From the NCBI GenBank assembly GCA_048013815.1, contig CM106585.1, positions 6,510,001-6,574,000 of the forward strand: a DNA stretch of 64,000 nt. Direction: 5' to 3'. The DNA comes from Setoptus koraiensis (lineage: Eukaryota; Animalia; Arthropoda). Within the stretch, counting starts at the first letter, position 1. Every line of letters begins with the position of its first letter. The notes below the pieces were generated by a model. That model was not told the DNA's origin and searched no databases. It worked only from the letters and a program-made list of their open reading frames with translations. Positions 34,763 through 46,916 of the stretch are shown here, piece by piece. A program made the position numbers and the translations under genes.

Positions 34763-35237
34763 CTGATGGTCGAATCATTGATCAATTTATCAAGAGAGTT
34801 AAATAAAATGCGATATTTTTGTTATATGCGATTGTTACCGTTAACTAACTAATTAAGACACACATAGTGCAAGACGAGTGTGAAAAGTGCATAGTGCTCA
34901 TAGTGAATACCTGAACTATTGTGCTTGTGTGGTGCCGTATGTGCGAATTGATTGTGCTCGTGCCTCATTGATCTAGTGATTAAGTGTTTTTATGATTGTG
35001 ACCTCAAATGAATGGAGTTTTTTGTTGGTTTGTAAATGTGTGTGGGTGTATGTGCGTGTGTGTGCGTGTGTGTGCGTGTGTGTGTTTTAAGGTGATTAGA
35101 GTGACTTTGATTAAATTGAAATGGTGCATATATTGGTTGCAAAGTTTGATGCCATGCAACAAACGAACGCGGTCCTAGTGCTCGGATGACTCTCTATACC
35201 GTTGTCTACACCACAGCAAGTACACAACATGGTGCAA

Positions 35238-36056
35238 TCACCACGCTATAGTTCCGCTTAGGATATCGTCTAACACTGTGCTCGAGTCGCTCATAGATTC
35301 CGCGGGAACCTCTAATTGACCAAGGTCATTATTGCTCGACGATTCGTCTAACAATGATTGTCCATTCATGTTCTTTTTGTCATTGGTGTTTCCGGTCATA
35401 ATTGGGTGAGAATCTGGGAAACTAAACATTGGTACGCTGTTGAAATTGATGCGATGCGGCAAATGATCTAACACTGCTCCGCTTCGGCGACCAATTCGCG
35501 GTTGCGGCATCAATCCCATAGGTCCCGACGCTCTGCGACCTATGCGCGCCTGTGGCAACAAACCGCTTCGTGGCGCCAAAACTCGTCTACTATTGCCAGC
35601 GTAAAAAACTATTGATGATAGTGGCGAAAATAAAGAATTTTGTGCTTGACCTGTGCCACTTGTTAGATAACTGGCGGTCTGAATGGGCGACCTACCAATT
35701 CTAGGCTGCGCCAATAGATACTGGCGTTTGTCTTGTGATTGTTGCTGCTGTTGCTGCTGATTCGCACCGTTGGGATCAAGCAGGCCCTGGTCTTGATCGC
35801 AGAGGATGCCCGGGCAACTTGAACCTTATCGTAGGAATTAAATGAATGATATAAATTATACAACGCGTGTGCAGCGGAAATAAGTAGAAATGAGGCTTGT
35901 GTTTTGGTGATATTTGTGAATAAGTGATAAGGATATTTCAAGTGCTCTTATACTACCAACTGGACTGTTAAGTTACTCTCTCGCTCTTCTTTGTCACTTA
36001 CCAGCTAGGACAGCTACAACCACTATACAGATTATACTACTGTAACAATTATTCAT
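35238..36056 (-). CDS. Capa: CAPA/periviscerokinin-like precursor, 213 aa (exons 36056-36002, 35824-35238)
   Basis: The signal exon MNNCYSSIICIVVVAVLA is spliced in phase 1 (GTAAGT...AG). There are three amidation cassettes: KR-QYLLAQPRIG-R, R-SGLLPQARIG-RR and RR-ASGPMGLMPQPRIG-RR. Confidence 0.82.
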
Positions 36057-37664
36057 CGTGTGTTTTTTGTTCTCAAATGATGCACTGATTGTTCTGATTG
36101 TTAGCTGGTTCGATTGCGTTGATTTGCTACTGGCAGTAGATTTATGCTAACTTGATTGAGAGAAACAAAAATAATAATCTTGAATAGATGCTCTCTGACT
36201 ATAATCTGAATGTTATGCTGTGTTCACCGACTCCGGAGGCAATGGTTGTTGGTGGCGGAGCTATCTTGCGGGGACTAAAGATGTTTGACTTTAACAGGAT
36301 CGCTGTCGCTGACAACTCTTTGTCCCTGGTAGCACTTTCATCTCAACCTGAATCCCCCCAGACACGCGAAGCTGAATCCCTTTATACGCTCTACAACTCT
36401 TGAAAGTTAACTCTTGCATCACGTGGAGCCCACTGTTTTAATATACAGTTAACACCCTCCTACGCGAACAACATTAGTCTATAGCGACACACCACGGGCT
36501 ACTGCCACTATTACTACCTGGCCCACAACTAATGTCAGTGGCTAGCTAAAGCTATCACGTAATTGTGTAATTGTAAGCATCTAGCGGCCTTAATCTTTCT
36601 GACACAAGGTCTTGACAACACACTAATGCTGGCTCAAGTTTATCGATGTTTTATATGGCGGTCATTTGCTCTAACGCTGTATCTAGTGATGAGTTTAGAT
36701 GCGCAAACGCATTGCGTCACCCCACTATAAAACATGGCAGTTGATCGATCTCATATTGTGTCTTACGCAATGCTTTCAGAATAAAACCCAGACAATTAAA
36801 CGACAAACGAGATAAATTTCCGGCGAAATTCAATAAAGTGGCCATCACCTAGATTTAAGTACATGTATCCTGTCAAACTTTACCTCGTTTGACCATCTGC
36901 TTGGCATTCTTTATGAATGTCGCAGTAACTGGATCCCCATCTGCTAAGCAAAGCCGATCGAACCAAGTTCAATCTACCACATGCTGATTATTATATTGGT
37001 ATGAAACCAATATAAAAAAAAGATCACGGGAAAAATTGCCCTTAAGCCGTTTCTTAGTGGTCAATAGTAGCTGGTTTAGTGTTTTAGTCGAGAATAGTAA
37101 TGAGCAGTGGACAACAACGAATGTTGGAGTTAATATTGCATCAGATGCCTCGAGCTATTTAGCCTCGTCGGGTCTGCGTATGATACCAATCAGTATAATA
37201 TAGCAATATAGCGCAAATTGTTATAATAGCGCATCAGATTGGTGAAAATAATATCGTTTATATTCCACAAGCTCGAGCATAACGACTAAGCTGCTAGGCT
37301 TTGTCGGGAAAGCTCTAGAGTAGAATGTGTTGAATAATTCGCTCGCAACCCCAGAACTAAAAAGACTCAGAACGAAACATCACGGCGATAGAACGGTCAC
37401 CGAACTTCACAATTGGTGAGGTATGGATCAAAGTATTGGCCGGAAGAACAGGTGCACGATTAGCCTAGTTACTCAATTGCTTTTGCTCCATTTGATGATT
37501 TTGAGAACCATGACACTAAATTCTGTCGTGGACAACAAATAATCGAGAGTAAGAATGAGTGATGCATTAGTTTCGCTATTCTCTGCTCTCGGAAATCTCT
37601 GAAAGACTTCAGAGATCGCCGATCAAGGTGTTTTTGTACTGTGAGATTTCGCGAGTTTTCCATT

Positions 37665-38130
37665 AGGAGTTTTTGAATGCACAAACAATCTCTTCATAGG
37701 TCAAAGGACGAGAGGGATTCGTCATTGTCTCAGTTGATTTGCTGCCTCATAACGCTGGTAGCGCCCTTCACATTGTACACACAATATTTTGAGAATTTGA
37801 TGCTGTCGAGTGTCAGGGTAAGTATTCTTATCCGGACGATTGGCTCTACTGAACTCGTACCTATATTTTTGAATGCAGAGAGGTATGAATATTGAGTGTG
37901 GATTCCTTTGTTGCGATCTCTTGATAAACTCAACGCAATGTGTGAGGCATTATTGAGCTTCATCATCGGAGCCTGACATCAATTTCATGGTTAGAACATC
38001 GACTTTTGGGCGTTATTGTTGACGAGTAACATGCTGGATGAGTACTATATCCTCCTCGAGAGAACACTTTCCAAGCTGGAATTCATGGGATGCTTCTCAA
38101 ACTTAGCAACCAAGTTGCGTATAGGACCAT
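37665..38130 (-). pseudogene. AGK: Decayed duplicate of AGK exon 2 (about 53855-54180) plus a piece of the AGK-ABCF1 spacer (about 55025-55100)
   Basis: Direct nucleotide similarity, e.g. cttattcggacgaatggctc vs cttatccggacgattggctc and ttttgggcgttattgttgac. It translates FIPLCIQKYRYEFSRANRP vs FIPLDIQKYWYKFKRAIRP, with frameshifts and stops. Confidence 0.88.
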
Positions 38131-38205
38131 GTAGAATTTGTGTCGATCTTTTGCTGATTACATCGCGGGGCTCCTGTATCCAGCATCATTTCGGATCATT
38201 AATCC

Positions 38206-39143
<938 letters not shown>

Positions 39144-39157
39144 TAAAAAGCACTTAT

Positions 39158-39400
39158 GGACACTTGACATCTACGTCAGGTGAACGGCAAGTTAATCACA
39201 GTGCCAGGATAGCCAAATTTGATCAAGACAGTGGACAACATCTGACTACAGGAGGAAATCTTAATTGCAAGCCAGTTGTCATTATCAAACTATGCTCGTT
39301 TGGTTCACAACACGCTCATGCGAATCTGTGCAAAGACTACAAAGAAACAGGATTCTGTGGCTACTCCTGCATTTATCTTCATGATAGATGAGATTACAAG
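39158..39400 (+). pseudogene. Mosaic of an ABCF1 NBD2 fragment (~57844-58035) and a second RNF113A CCCH fragment
   Basis: [30 protein letters not shown] vs ABCF1 [30 protein letters not shown], followed by [22 protein letters not shown]. Confidence 0.9.
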
Positions 39401-39453
39401 CAATGAAAATATATATAATGGAATTTTGCACGGGTCCTTGGATTGTTTATACT

Positions 39454-40514
39454 TCAAGCTCTAGTTCCTCTGTAATTGTGCGACTGCTTATTGCGCTTTC
39501 TGGATATCAGTCTAGTTTCTATGTAAAACAACAAAGAGGCTATCCATAGAAATATAGAACCTATCAAAGCGGCGACAAACGACCATGAAAATCTATTGTG
39601 ATCCGGGTCCGGCATCCAATCCTCGCGATTTCCATAGATTGCAAATATGGACACGGCAGCCGTGCTACAAATGGCTATTAGTGGTATCAAGGACGAAAGT
39701 TTTCGGAAGTTGGATCAACATGACTCATTCATTATAGATAACATAACCGAATCTTGGTTGAATCGTGACTTACCAGATAGAAGGCTAGCTATAGATAGTA
39801 TTCTAAGCGCGTGATCTTCTCTGTCCACGACAAAACATTGCTGCATGGCGAGTATTCCGACGCACGTAAATAGTAATATTAGGAAGCCCAGTGTAAAAAA
39901 GATCTGAGTTGCTATGAAGAACGCTGTTTGATAATAATTATGGAGGAAAGGTTAAAAGAATCAATATTAGGAATTCAACGTATTGATTAAAAGGGAAATT
40001 CGAATGGATCGTGATCGAAGAGTTAAAGAATAGACTCCCTTAGAGAAAAGTTGTTTTGGGATAAAGCAAGCTGAGTTCGCGCATCGTTAGACTGGTGAAA
40101 CGAACCGGGCATTAAGTAACTGCGGATATATTTATATTCGTCGGCAAATATCCAACGACATCCTACGTAAAATTTTTTGTACTCGTAATCAATAGGCGAA
40201 CTGAAACTTCTGAAGCACATTCTCCAAAGCCCTAGCTTATTGAATTTTGAGCCATAGTATCTATTATCCGACACGAGCCAATAGTTAGAAAAGAAGGCCA
40301 CCAACATTAATATCATGGCTAAAGACAAGACAACAAACAGTGCTCTCCTCACTTGAGACAATTTGTTGCGTTGACCAAATTTTGCTGTTATGGCATCATT
40401 TTGTTCAGTGCTCGCAGTCAGTCTTTGTGTTACCGCTACACCATCTCTTGCTGATGTATTGGAATGTTTGCTAGAGCCACCTCTAGAGGAGCTGTCGTGA
40501 CGACTATGTTCCAT
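39454..40514 (-). CDS. sinu: Claudin, Sinuous-like isoform, 259 aa (exons 40514-40106, 39923-39774, 39674-39454)
   Basis: W...LGLW..C signature, KKFYVGCRWIF, MPAFFIATQIFFTL, DWMPDPDHNRFSWSF; all junctions are phase 1 GT-AG. Confidence 0.88.
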
Positions 40515-41943
40515 GTTCAATGTCTGTCGACAGACCAATCGATGATTGGTCTATCAATTAGAGGTTAAAGTATTAGTTTTTTCTATCTTGTATTGTGATT
40601 GTGCTGTTATGTAACTTGAATTGTGCTTTAGTTCCCGTACGGTTTTGAGTAACAATTTTCTATCATGAGATAATTGAATAACTGAACGCTCGTGTATGTG
40701 TGTGTGTGTGTTTGCGTTGTTAGATCAAGCACCTTGTTGATTGGTGATGACAGCAACAATGGTGTTGAAACTAATATATGGCAGGTGCAAAATAACACGA
40801 AATAATTATGGGCGGTAGATCTATTGATCTATTTGAGTGTTGTTGTTGTTGTTTGTGAAATTACAGCTATGAATTGGCGTAAGTGAGCGTGTTGGCTGTT
40901 TGTTGTTGTTCATCCAGTAATTATTGACTTTTCACACAAACGTAAACAACATGATTGTTATTATTATTTGAATGGTATCGATAACACATCTTCGATACAG
41001 ATATACAGGCAATTGTTGCCTTCGTTACCAAGATAATGTGTATTTGTCTGTATGCGTGTGCCCCGTTCTATCTAGTTTCGTGTTTTTTATCCGTTAATTA
41101 ATACACTAATTAACAAGGTGTGTGAATGAAAAAATGGCGCAGAAACTAGGCTATCTACAGGTCGTCGTCAACAAACACATGTCATTGCCTATTAGTGGTA
41201 TCATGTTTTGTAGTTTTTATCCTTATCGCACTGAAAATTCATGCATAAATAGGCCTGCAATGTAACCTGGTGTCCATTGAGTAAAGCGTGAATAATACTA
41301 CGATGCATCATGGCAGCATAACATTACGCAATTCGTTTTCTTTGGCCAGACACAAACAAGCACACACACACACACACACACACAAACATACACACACACA
41401 GACAGACGGACCAACAGTTTTGGGAGTGGTTGTTGTTGCGGTGGTTCCAAGATCACGGGCCAATGCACCTTGAGAGGTGCAACATCGCAACAACGGCAAC
41501 AACACGAAACATGGCTTGCCATTCCTATTGCATCAACATGTGGCATTACTCTTCAGTGGTGCATTCAAATAATTAAAATTTCTATTGCATCAACAGTGCC
41601 ACTTGTTAGACACGAATGCGTTTTGTTGCTCTCCATCGGTCTGTTGGGCGTCTAATCACCGATCGCAGCAACAACAACAACAACAATTAGCAATTTTGTT
41701 GTCTATTTACAAAAAAAAAGAACACCAGGCTGACTGGTTAGATGCTGACAATGAGCGCCAACGACTATCGTGAAAATACAATTTGCAATGAATCGAGATG
41801 AAATTGAACGGTGTTCGCTTACAACAAACGACACACACAATAGAGTAAAACAAGTGCACTGCATCAGTGCGATTTGGGCGCATGTTGCCAAGGTAACAAC
41901 ATGATGATCAATCTGATTCATGGGCTCACAGCAATACGTTGCG

Positions 41944-41967
41944 TTGCAACGTTACGTAACGTTGCAA
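41944..41967. promoter_or_regulatory. Perfect 24-bp palindrome TTGCAACGTTACGTAACGTTGCAA centred on a PAR-bZIP-type site GTTACGTAAC
   Basis: The sequence equals its own reverse complement. Function is inferred only. Confidence 0.45.
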
Positions 41968-42089
41968 ACGCTCTTGTTTACACTCTTAACTCAATCCATC
42001 CAGATCGAATCACTACGAATGGTTATGTCGTAGCCAGAGAGCGGTTGTGAACAGCGCAAACACATTTAAAAATTCGTCTAACTACTTAC

Positions 42090-42375
42090 GTGGTTCGAGA
42101 AAATTCATTAAAAATGTAAAGTCTTCGTCGAATATCCATTTGCAGCCAGTGACGACGCGATCGTAACGAAAATGAATGTCCTGCAAATTAAAGAAACACG
42201 CCTCCCATAGTCCTAAGCGCTTAAATCTCTGATTTGGTATCTGCTCAGACTCGAGCCAATAGGAGGTGGCAAAGGCTATTGCCATGACAAATGTCGATAT
42301 GAATATTGATATGGTCGCATAGGTGACGCACCTGATCGACATCAGATCTGGAAAAATTTTGATGTGTTTGGCCAT
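42090..42375 (-). CDS. kune: Claudin first exon, Kune-kune-like (TM1 plus ECL1), predicted to splice to the shared exon at 39923 (218-aa isoform)
   Basis: YWLESEQIPNQRFKRLGLWEACFFNLQDIHFRYDRVVTGCKWIFDEDFTFLMNFLEP ends in a phase-1 GTAAGT donor at 42089. Confidence 0.8.
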
Positions 42376-43485
42376 TGTCTTTGATTTTCATCGATGTCTA
42401 TAATTCTTCTAAATATTTATCTCAATACTCATTTGTCTGTTATTCTTGTGTGGATTGTCTATTCTTTAGATCGTCTCTCTTTGTGTGGTCAGTTGCTGTT
42501 GGGGATCGAATGGTGTCTGCGGTGAATCCATTGGATGTCCGTAGGATGGCTGTAGTGCGTGCTCGTTGCTTTTATTGATGAGTGTCTTCATTGGGCTTGT
42601 TTCACGACAGAGAATAAATTCAGTTTCTCTTAAATTTTGCAATTTTGTCCACACTTTTGTCGCAATTCCATACGAAAATCAAATGCTGTTGCAAGTGGAA
42701 AATGATAAGAGAGGGCCACTCGTTTATATCTCAGAAGCCATTGGGTGTGTATGTGTGTGCGTTAGTTTAAATTTTCTGGCCAAACAGAGAGATTGTGAAA
42801 TAGAAAAGTTCTTTAAAAAAAACTATTCCACTTACCGCTGGGTGGAGCCACAAACGAATTGCACCTGTTGTTCTTCCCATACCACTGTCAAGTTAAAAGT
42901 TGTCTGCCTAGGAATAATACACGGCCAGGCGAATGAGCAAGCCAGGCATTTGTGGTTGATATTTTCTCCGCTTTCGTCGCTACAACCACTCTTTTGCATC
43001 ATTCCGGTGTCCACTTTACCGAAACATGTCCCCATTGACCAACCGTAATCATTTTCAAACTTTTTTATTTTGTTTCAGATAGAGCGTTTTGCTAAGACGC
43101 GATCCTTTTTCGATAACTAACGCGGACCAATGTGACCTGTTCGTAGCACTTCAACTGCCTACCAACTGCAAAGTCGAAGAAGATGATAGAAGAGGATTGG
43201 CGACTGGTTGCCGCATAACTCGAGCATGGGCCCAACAAAGACAAATAAATAAACAATCCGAAGAGGGAGGGAGAGAGAAGGGGAAACTGTTCAACCAAAG
43301 GCGCCGAAGACTCCAATCAAATGCGTTTTATCGGTAATCGATACTTCTTTATTAGATCGTTTGGAGGTCGCGAACGTAGATCTTTATTAATAGATTGTAT
43401 TCAAGCAATGCCAGTCGGCCACACACAATTTGAATTCCTCGCACAATTTCGATCTGTCTCAAAGCAATCTACCTCTGTTATGCTG

Positions 43486-46158
43486 TTAATAGTGTTGATG
43501 GGGCAATGCGAACACTTGCTCGTAGTACAAGTCAAAACCAGAACCACGGTTCTTGCCGCGACTGTTAACATAAACTACCAATGGGGAACCGGATACAACA
43601 ACAGAGCCGCGTCCACGATTAAATTGATTGCCGCACATTTCGGCGGTTGAGCCGAAACTAGGCGGAAAAGTGATGACGTCAGAATTCGAACAAGATCTAG
43701 GCTCGCAATGTGGCGGCTCAATAAGTTCTATTTCGGGGAAGACAACCTCGTGGTGACGTTCTTTTTCCTTTTTGCCCTTTTTATCGTCCTTCTTCTGATC
43801 CTTCTTACCATAATCGTAATGTTGATAATTATTTTCATAGTATTTGTCTTCTTTGCTTTTATGATTCTTCTCATTCTGATAGTACATCTCCTCATATTTC
43901 TTGCCAAACTTATCGATTTCCTTGTGGTAAGCTCCGCCAGCATGAGCATAACCATAAGGATAAGCCTGTTGTGGGCCGTATGGCTGTTGGCCGTATGGCC
44001 GGTAGCCTGGGTGGTCCATGCCATGATGGTGCTTCATATGGCCACCTTGATGACCGGCAATTTTGAGGGCCTCATGGTGGCCAGCACTCGGTGTGTATTG
44101 TGGGCCGTAGGTCGGGTATCTAGTGGAGGCGTATGGATTAGGTGTTGATTGGTGGTAGCCTGTTTGGGGGTATTGGGGCCCGTAAGGTGTTAATGTGGTG
44201 CCATATGGACCATTTGTTGACGGGTATAGCTGATGATGAGCTCCGTGATGTTTGTTGCCCTCATGAACAAATTTCATGTGACCTGGATAGTCGCCTGGGT
44301 AAGGCGAGTAGCCTTGATTGTAGCCGTGGGTGGTGTAATTTTCGCCCTTGTTTTTGTTTTCTTCCTCTTTGCTTGGTTCGCTACCCCACAAAAAACTTCT
44401 TTTCATTGGTTGACCATTTAAATCGAGCGACACTTGACGGCGCTCTCTCTTTAGGCTCAATCTACTTTCTACATGCCTTTTATATCTCATAGTTGGCACA
44501 CCATAAGCTGGCGCAGGCGTGTAACCTGGCGGTGGTAGGTGTGGTATATGACCTGGTGGGGCCAGCACTAGGTGGTGAGGATTATAGGGATGATTGTAGG
44601 CTCCCTGTGGCGGAGCGGTCGATTGATAGCCGCCGGGTTGTTGCGAAACATGATATTGTGTCGACTGTCCAGTTTGGTAATGTGGATTCAGGTGAATCTT
44701 CTTTCTTATTAATCCCGGTCTCGACGGTGTGGAACATTCGCCGCTCGACATACCGAAATAGTTATCGGTGAATCTGATACCACTGTATCCGTTGTCTATG
44801 CGAAAACAGATGGCATAGTAGAGACCGCGTAAATTTTTGCCCAAATTAAAACTTCTCACAATACCCGTGGTGTCTGTGTAGTATTGCAAACAACCTGGCG
44901 GGGCCTGAAGATAGTTTTTTTCATCCATTTGTATGATCTTGATAGACCAACGACGACCGTAATTAGAGCCCGATGTTGCCACGGACAACACAATTGGATC
45001 GTCTACTTGTGACACATCTAAATACAAATGCTGACCAGTGTTCATACCGCACAATCTGACATTTGAATAAGGCGAGTATCTATTTGATGCTAGCTTCACT
45101 TGGAAAATATCAGTGACGCACTCACCCTCGTAATCTGGCAGGGCCAATTCAAAGTATTCAAATTCAATAAGAACTTGTGCTATATTCTTAGATTTTTTCT
45201 TAACTTCCACTTCGCACAATCTGGCGTCCCACGAACTATCTGGGAAATCAGGATTAGCGAAGAAGGTGTTGTTTTCGCTGGATTTGTCTCCGCAACTTAG
45301 CGCTATCACACAACAAACACCCAAACCGCCCATGCAAGAGCCCTCCGGGCGCCCCTTTACTTTTCTACAATCAACGTCGTTCTTGCACACTCCCGATTTG
45401 CCTGAAGTATCGCCAGAACAAGAGGTCCATCCGTCAAAACCATAAGTACGAGCCGATGACGGGGCCAATGTTTGGTTGGTTGAAAGTAGGCTGGTATCGA
45501 TTGGAGGAGTTTGGTTAACGTAGGTTGGGATATTTTGAAGTTGGGGCACCTGGTTGGCTGGCATAATTTGACCGTAATTTGGATCTTGCTGGGGCAACAC
45601 AACTTCACTGCCCTTTTCGATGATCTTTGGAGGAGGTGGAGCTGGTTGATAGTTGGCCAAGACTGCCTGGTCCGGACTTGGGGTCAGTCCTAGACCTCTG
45701 CCGGTTGATGCTGGTTTCGGAACTGTTGGATTCTGGGCCTCACCAACCGCTGTGGATGGTTGTTGTTGTTGCTGATGCTGCTCTTGTTGTTCTTGTTGTT
45801 GCGGCGGCTGTTCTGGTTGTTGCTGCGGCTGATCTGGTTGTTGCTGCGGCTGTTCCGGTTGTGCGGATGGTGCTGGAGCGGCTGCTTCCACTTCGGGGGG
45901 CGGTGGTGCATCGGAGGAATATGCTGGATTAGGTGGATTTACTGAGTCGCCGGGGCCCACCCTTTCAGGTTCAACATCCTCAGTTTGTGCTGGTGCAGAT
46001 TGTTGATTTACACTAGTTGGCATACCAATTGGTGGTTGTTGTAAGTAACGTCTAACTTTAGGAATCATCGGCTCGCTTAACGAGTGCGTTGATCTTATGA
46101 TGCTAGTTGATCCAACCAGCATCACTAATAGGACACTCAATCCTATTAGAGGCCTCAT
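43486..46158 (-). CDS. Secreted arthropod CUB-domain protein with Pro/Gln stalk and a large His/Tyr/Gly/Pro insert, 890 aa
   Basis: Signal peptide; GSCMGGLGVCC...CG..NNTFFANP...LCGMNTGQHLY...APPGCLQYYT..SFN...YAICFR...MCG...GFDLYYEQ. Confidence 0.88.
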   Translation of the reverse strand: MRPLIGLSVLLVMLVGSTSIIRSTHSLSEPMIPKVRRYLQQPPIGMPTSVNQQSAPAQTEDVEPERVGPGDSVNPPNPAYSSDAPPPPEVEAAAPAPSAQPEQPQQQPDQPQQQPEQPPQQQEQQEQHQQQQQPSTAVGEAQNPTVPKPASTGRGLGLTPSPDQAVLANYQPAPPPPKIIEKGSEVVLPQQDPNYGQIMPANQVPQLQNIPTYVNQTPPIDTSLLSTNQTLAPSSARTYGFDGWTSCSGDTSGKSGVCKNDVDCRKVKGRPEGSCMGGLGVCCVIALSCGDKSSENNTFFANPDFPDSSWDARLCEVEVKKKSKNIAQVLIEFEYFELALPDYEGECVTDIFQVKLASNRYSPYSNVRLCGMNTGQHLYLDVSQVDDPIVLSVATSGSNYGRRWSIKIIQMDEKNYLQAPPGCLQYYTDTTGIVRSFNLGKNLRGLYYAICFRIDNGYSGIRFTDNYFGMSSGECSTPSRPGLIRKKIHLNPHYQTGQSTQYHVSQQPGGYQSTAPPQGAYNHPYNPHHLVLAPPGHIPHLPPPGYTPAPAYGVPTMRYKRHVESRLSLKRERRQVSLDLNGQPMKRSFLWGSEPSKEEENKNKGENYTTHGYNQGYSPYPGDYPGHMKFVHEGNKHHGAHHQLYPSTNGPYGTTLTPYGPQYPQTGYHQSTPNPYASTRYPTYGPQYTPSAGHHEALKIAGHQGGHMKHHHGMDHPGYRPYGQQPYGPQQAYPYGYAHAGGAYHKEIDKFGKKYEEMYYQNEKNHKSKEDKYYENNYQHYDYGKKDQKKDDKKGKKEKERHHEVVFPEIELIEPPHCEPRSCSNSDVITFPPSFGSTAEMCGNQFNRGRGSVVVSGSPLVVYVNSRGKNRGSGFDLYYEQVFALPHQHY

Positions 46159-46916
46159 GATTATATGTTTATAAGATATCGATGTTGATTGAGATTTCGT
46201 ACACTATTGAACTGATCAACGGCATCAGTTATGAAAAATCTTGATTGCTACTATCGCCAGAGCACGTAATCTGGCAAACAAAAAAAATCTAATTATTATA
46301 CTATTGTTATTGCCACCTTCACCGTGTGGCGACAAAAAATCTAAGCTGAAAAAAGAAAAACCTTCAACAAGACTCAGATAGTAGAAGTTGCATAATTTTA
46401 ACCATCATAATCGTCACATAATCATTTCACTATAGAATATCAGCATTATAATATTAGTTCTCTCACTCTCTTAGTTACAAATGACTAACATCATAAGCGG
46501 AAACTCTTTTGCATGTAATCTATTACGCATATTCACCAACATCTAACAAACTAAAAAGCCAAATAGTATCCCATACTATGGTGTGTATATTAGAAAAGTG
46601 TGAAATAGTCAGTAACGACCACAATAAAACTAGAGTGGATAACATTGGTGATAAATAGAGTTAGCGTGCCCATCTAGTTGATGCTATTCTCACTCATGTA
46701 ATTGATTGGCAATGGTAGATTGTATCATAGTTAAAGCTATCATTTAATCATTTGTGTGTGTGCAAAAACGATTTTTGCAGTTGTCAGCTATTTCTGGGGT
46801 GAAACTATCTTAAAATTTTGTTTTTCTTTTGAGACTCGGGCATAGAACGCTAACACCCAAGTATCATTCATCTAAAATAAGTGGTGAGATCACTCTTACT
46901 TGACAATTTGAAAGTA

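Noticed and set aside
42466-43035. Possible two-exon small gene MGTCFGK...CGSTQR|ETEFILC... on the minus strand
   Set aside because: The acceptor is weak and there is no recognisable homology; it is more likely UTR or spacer of the claudin locus.
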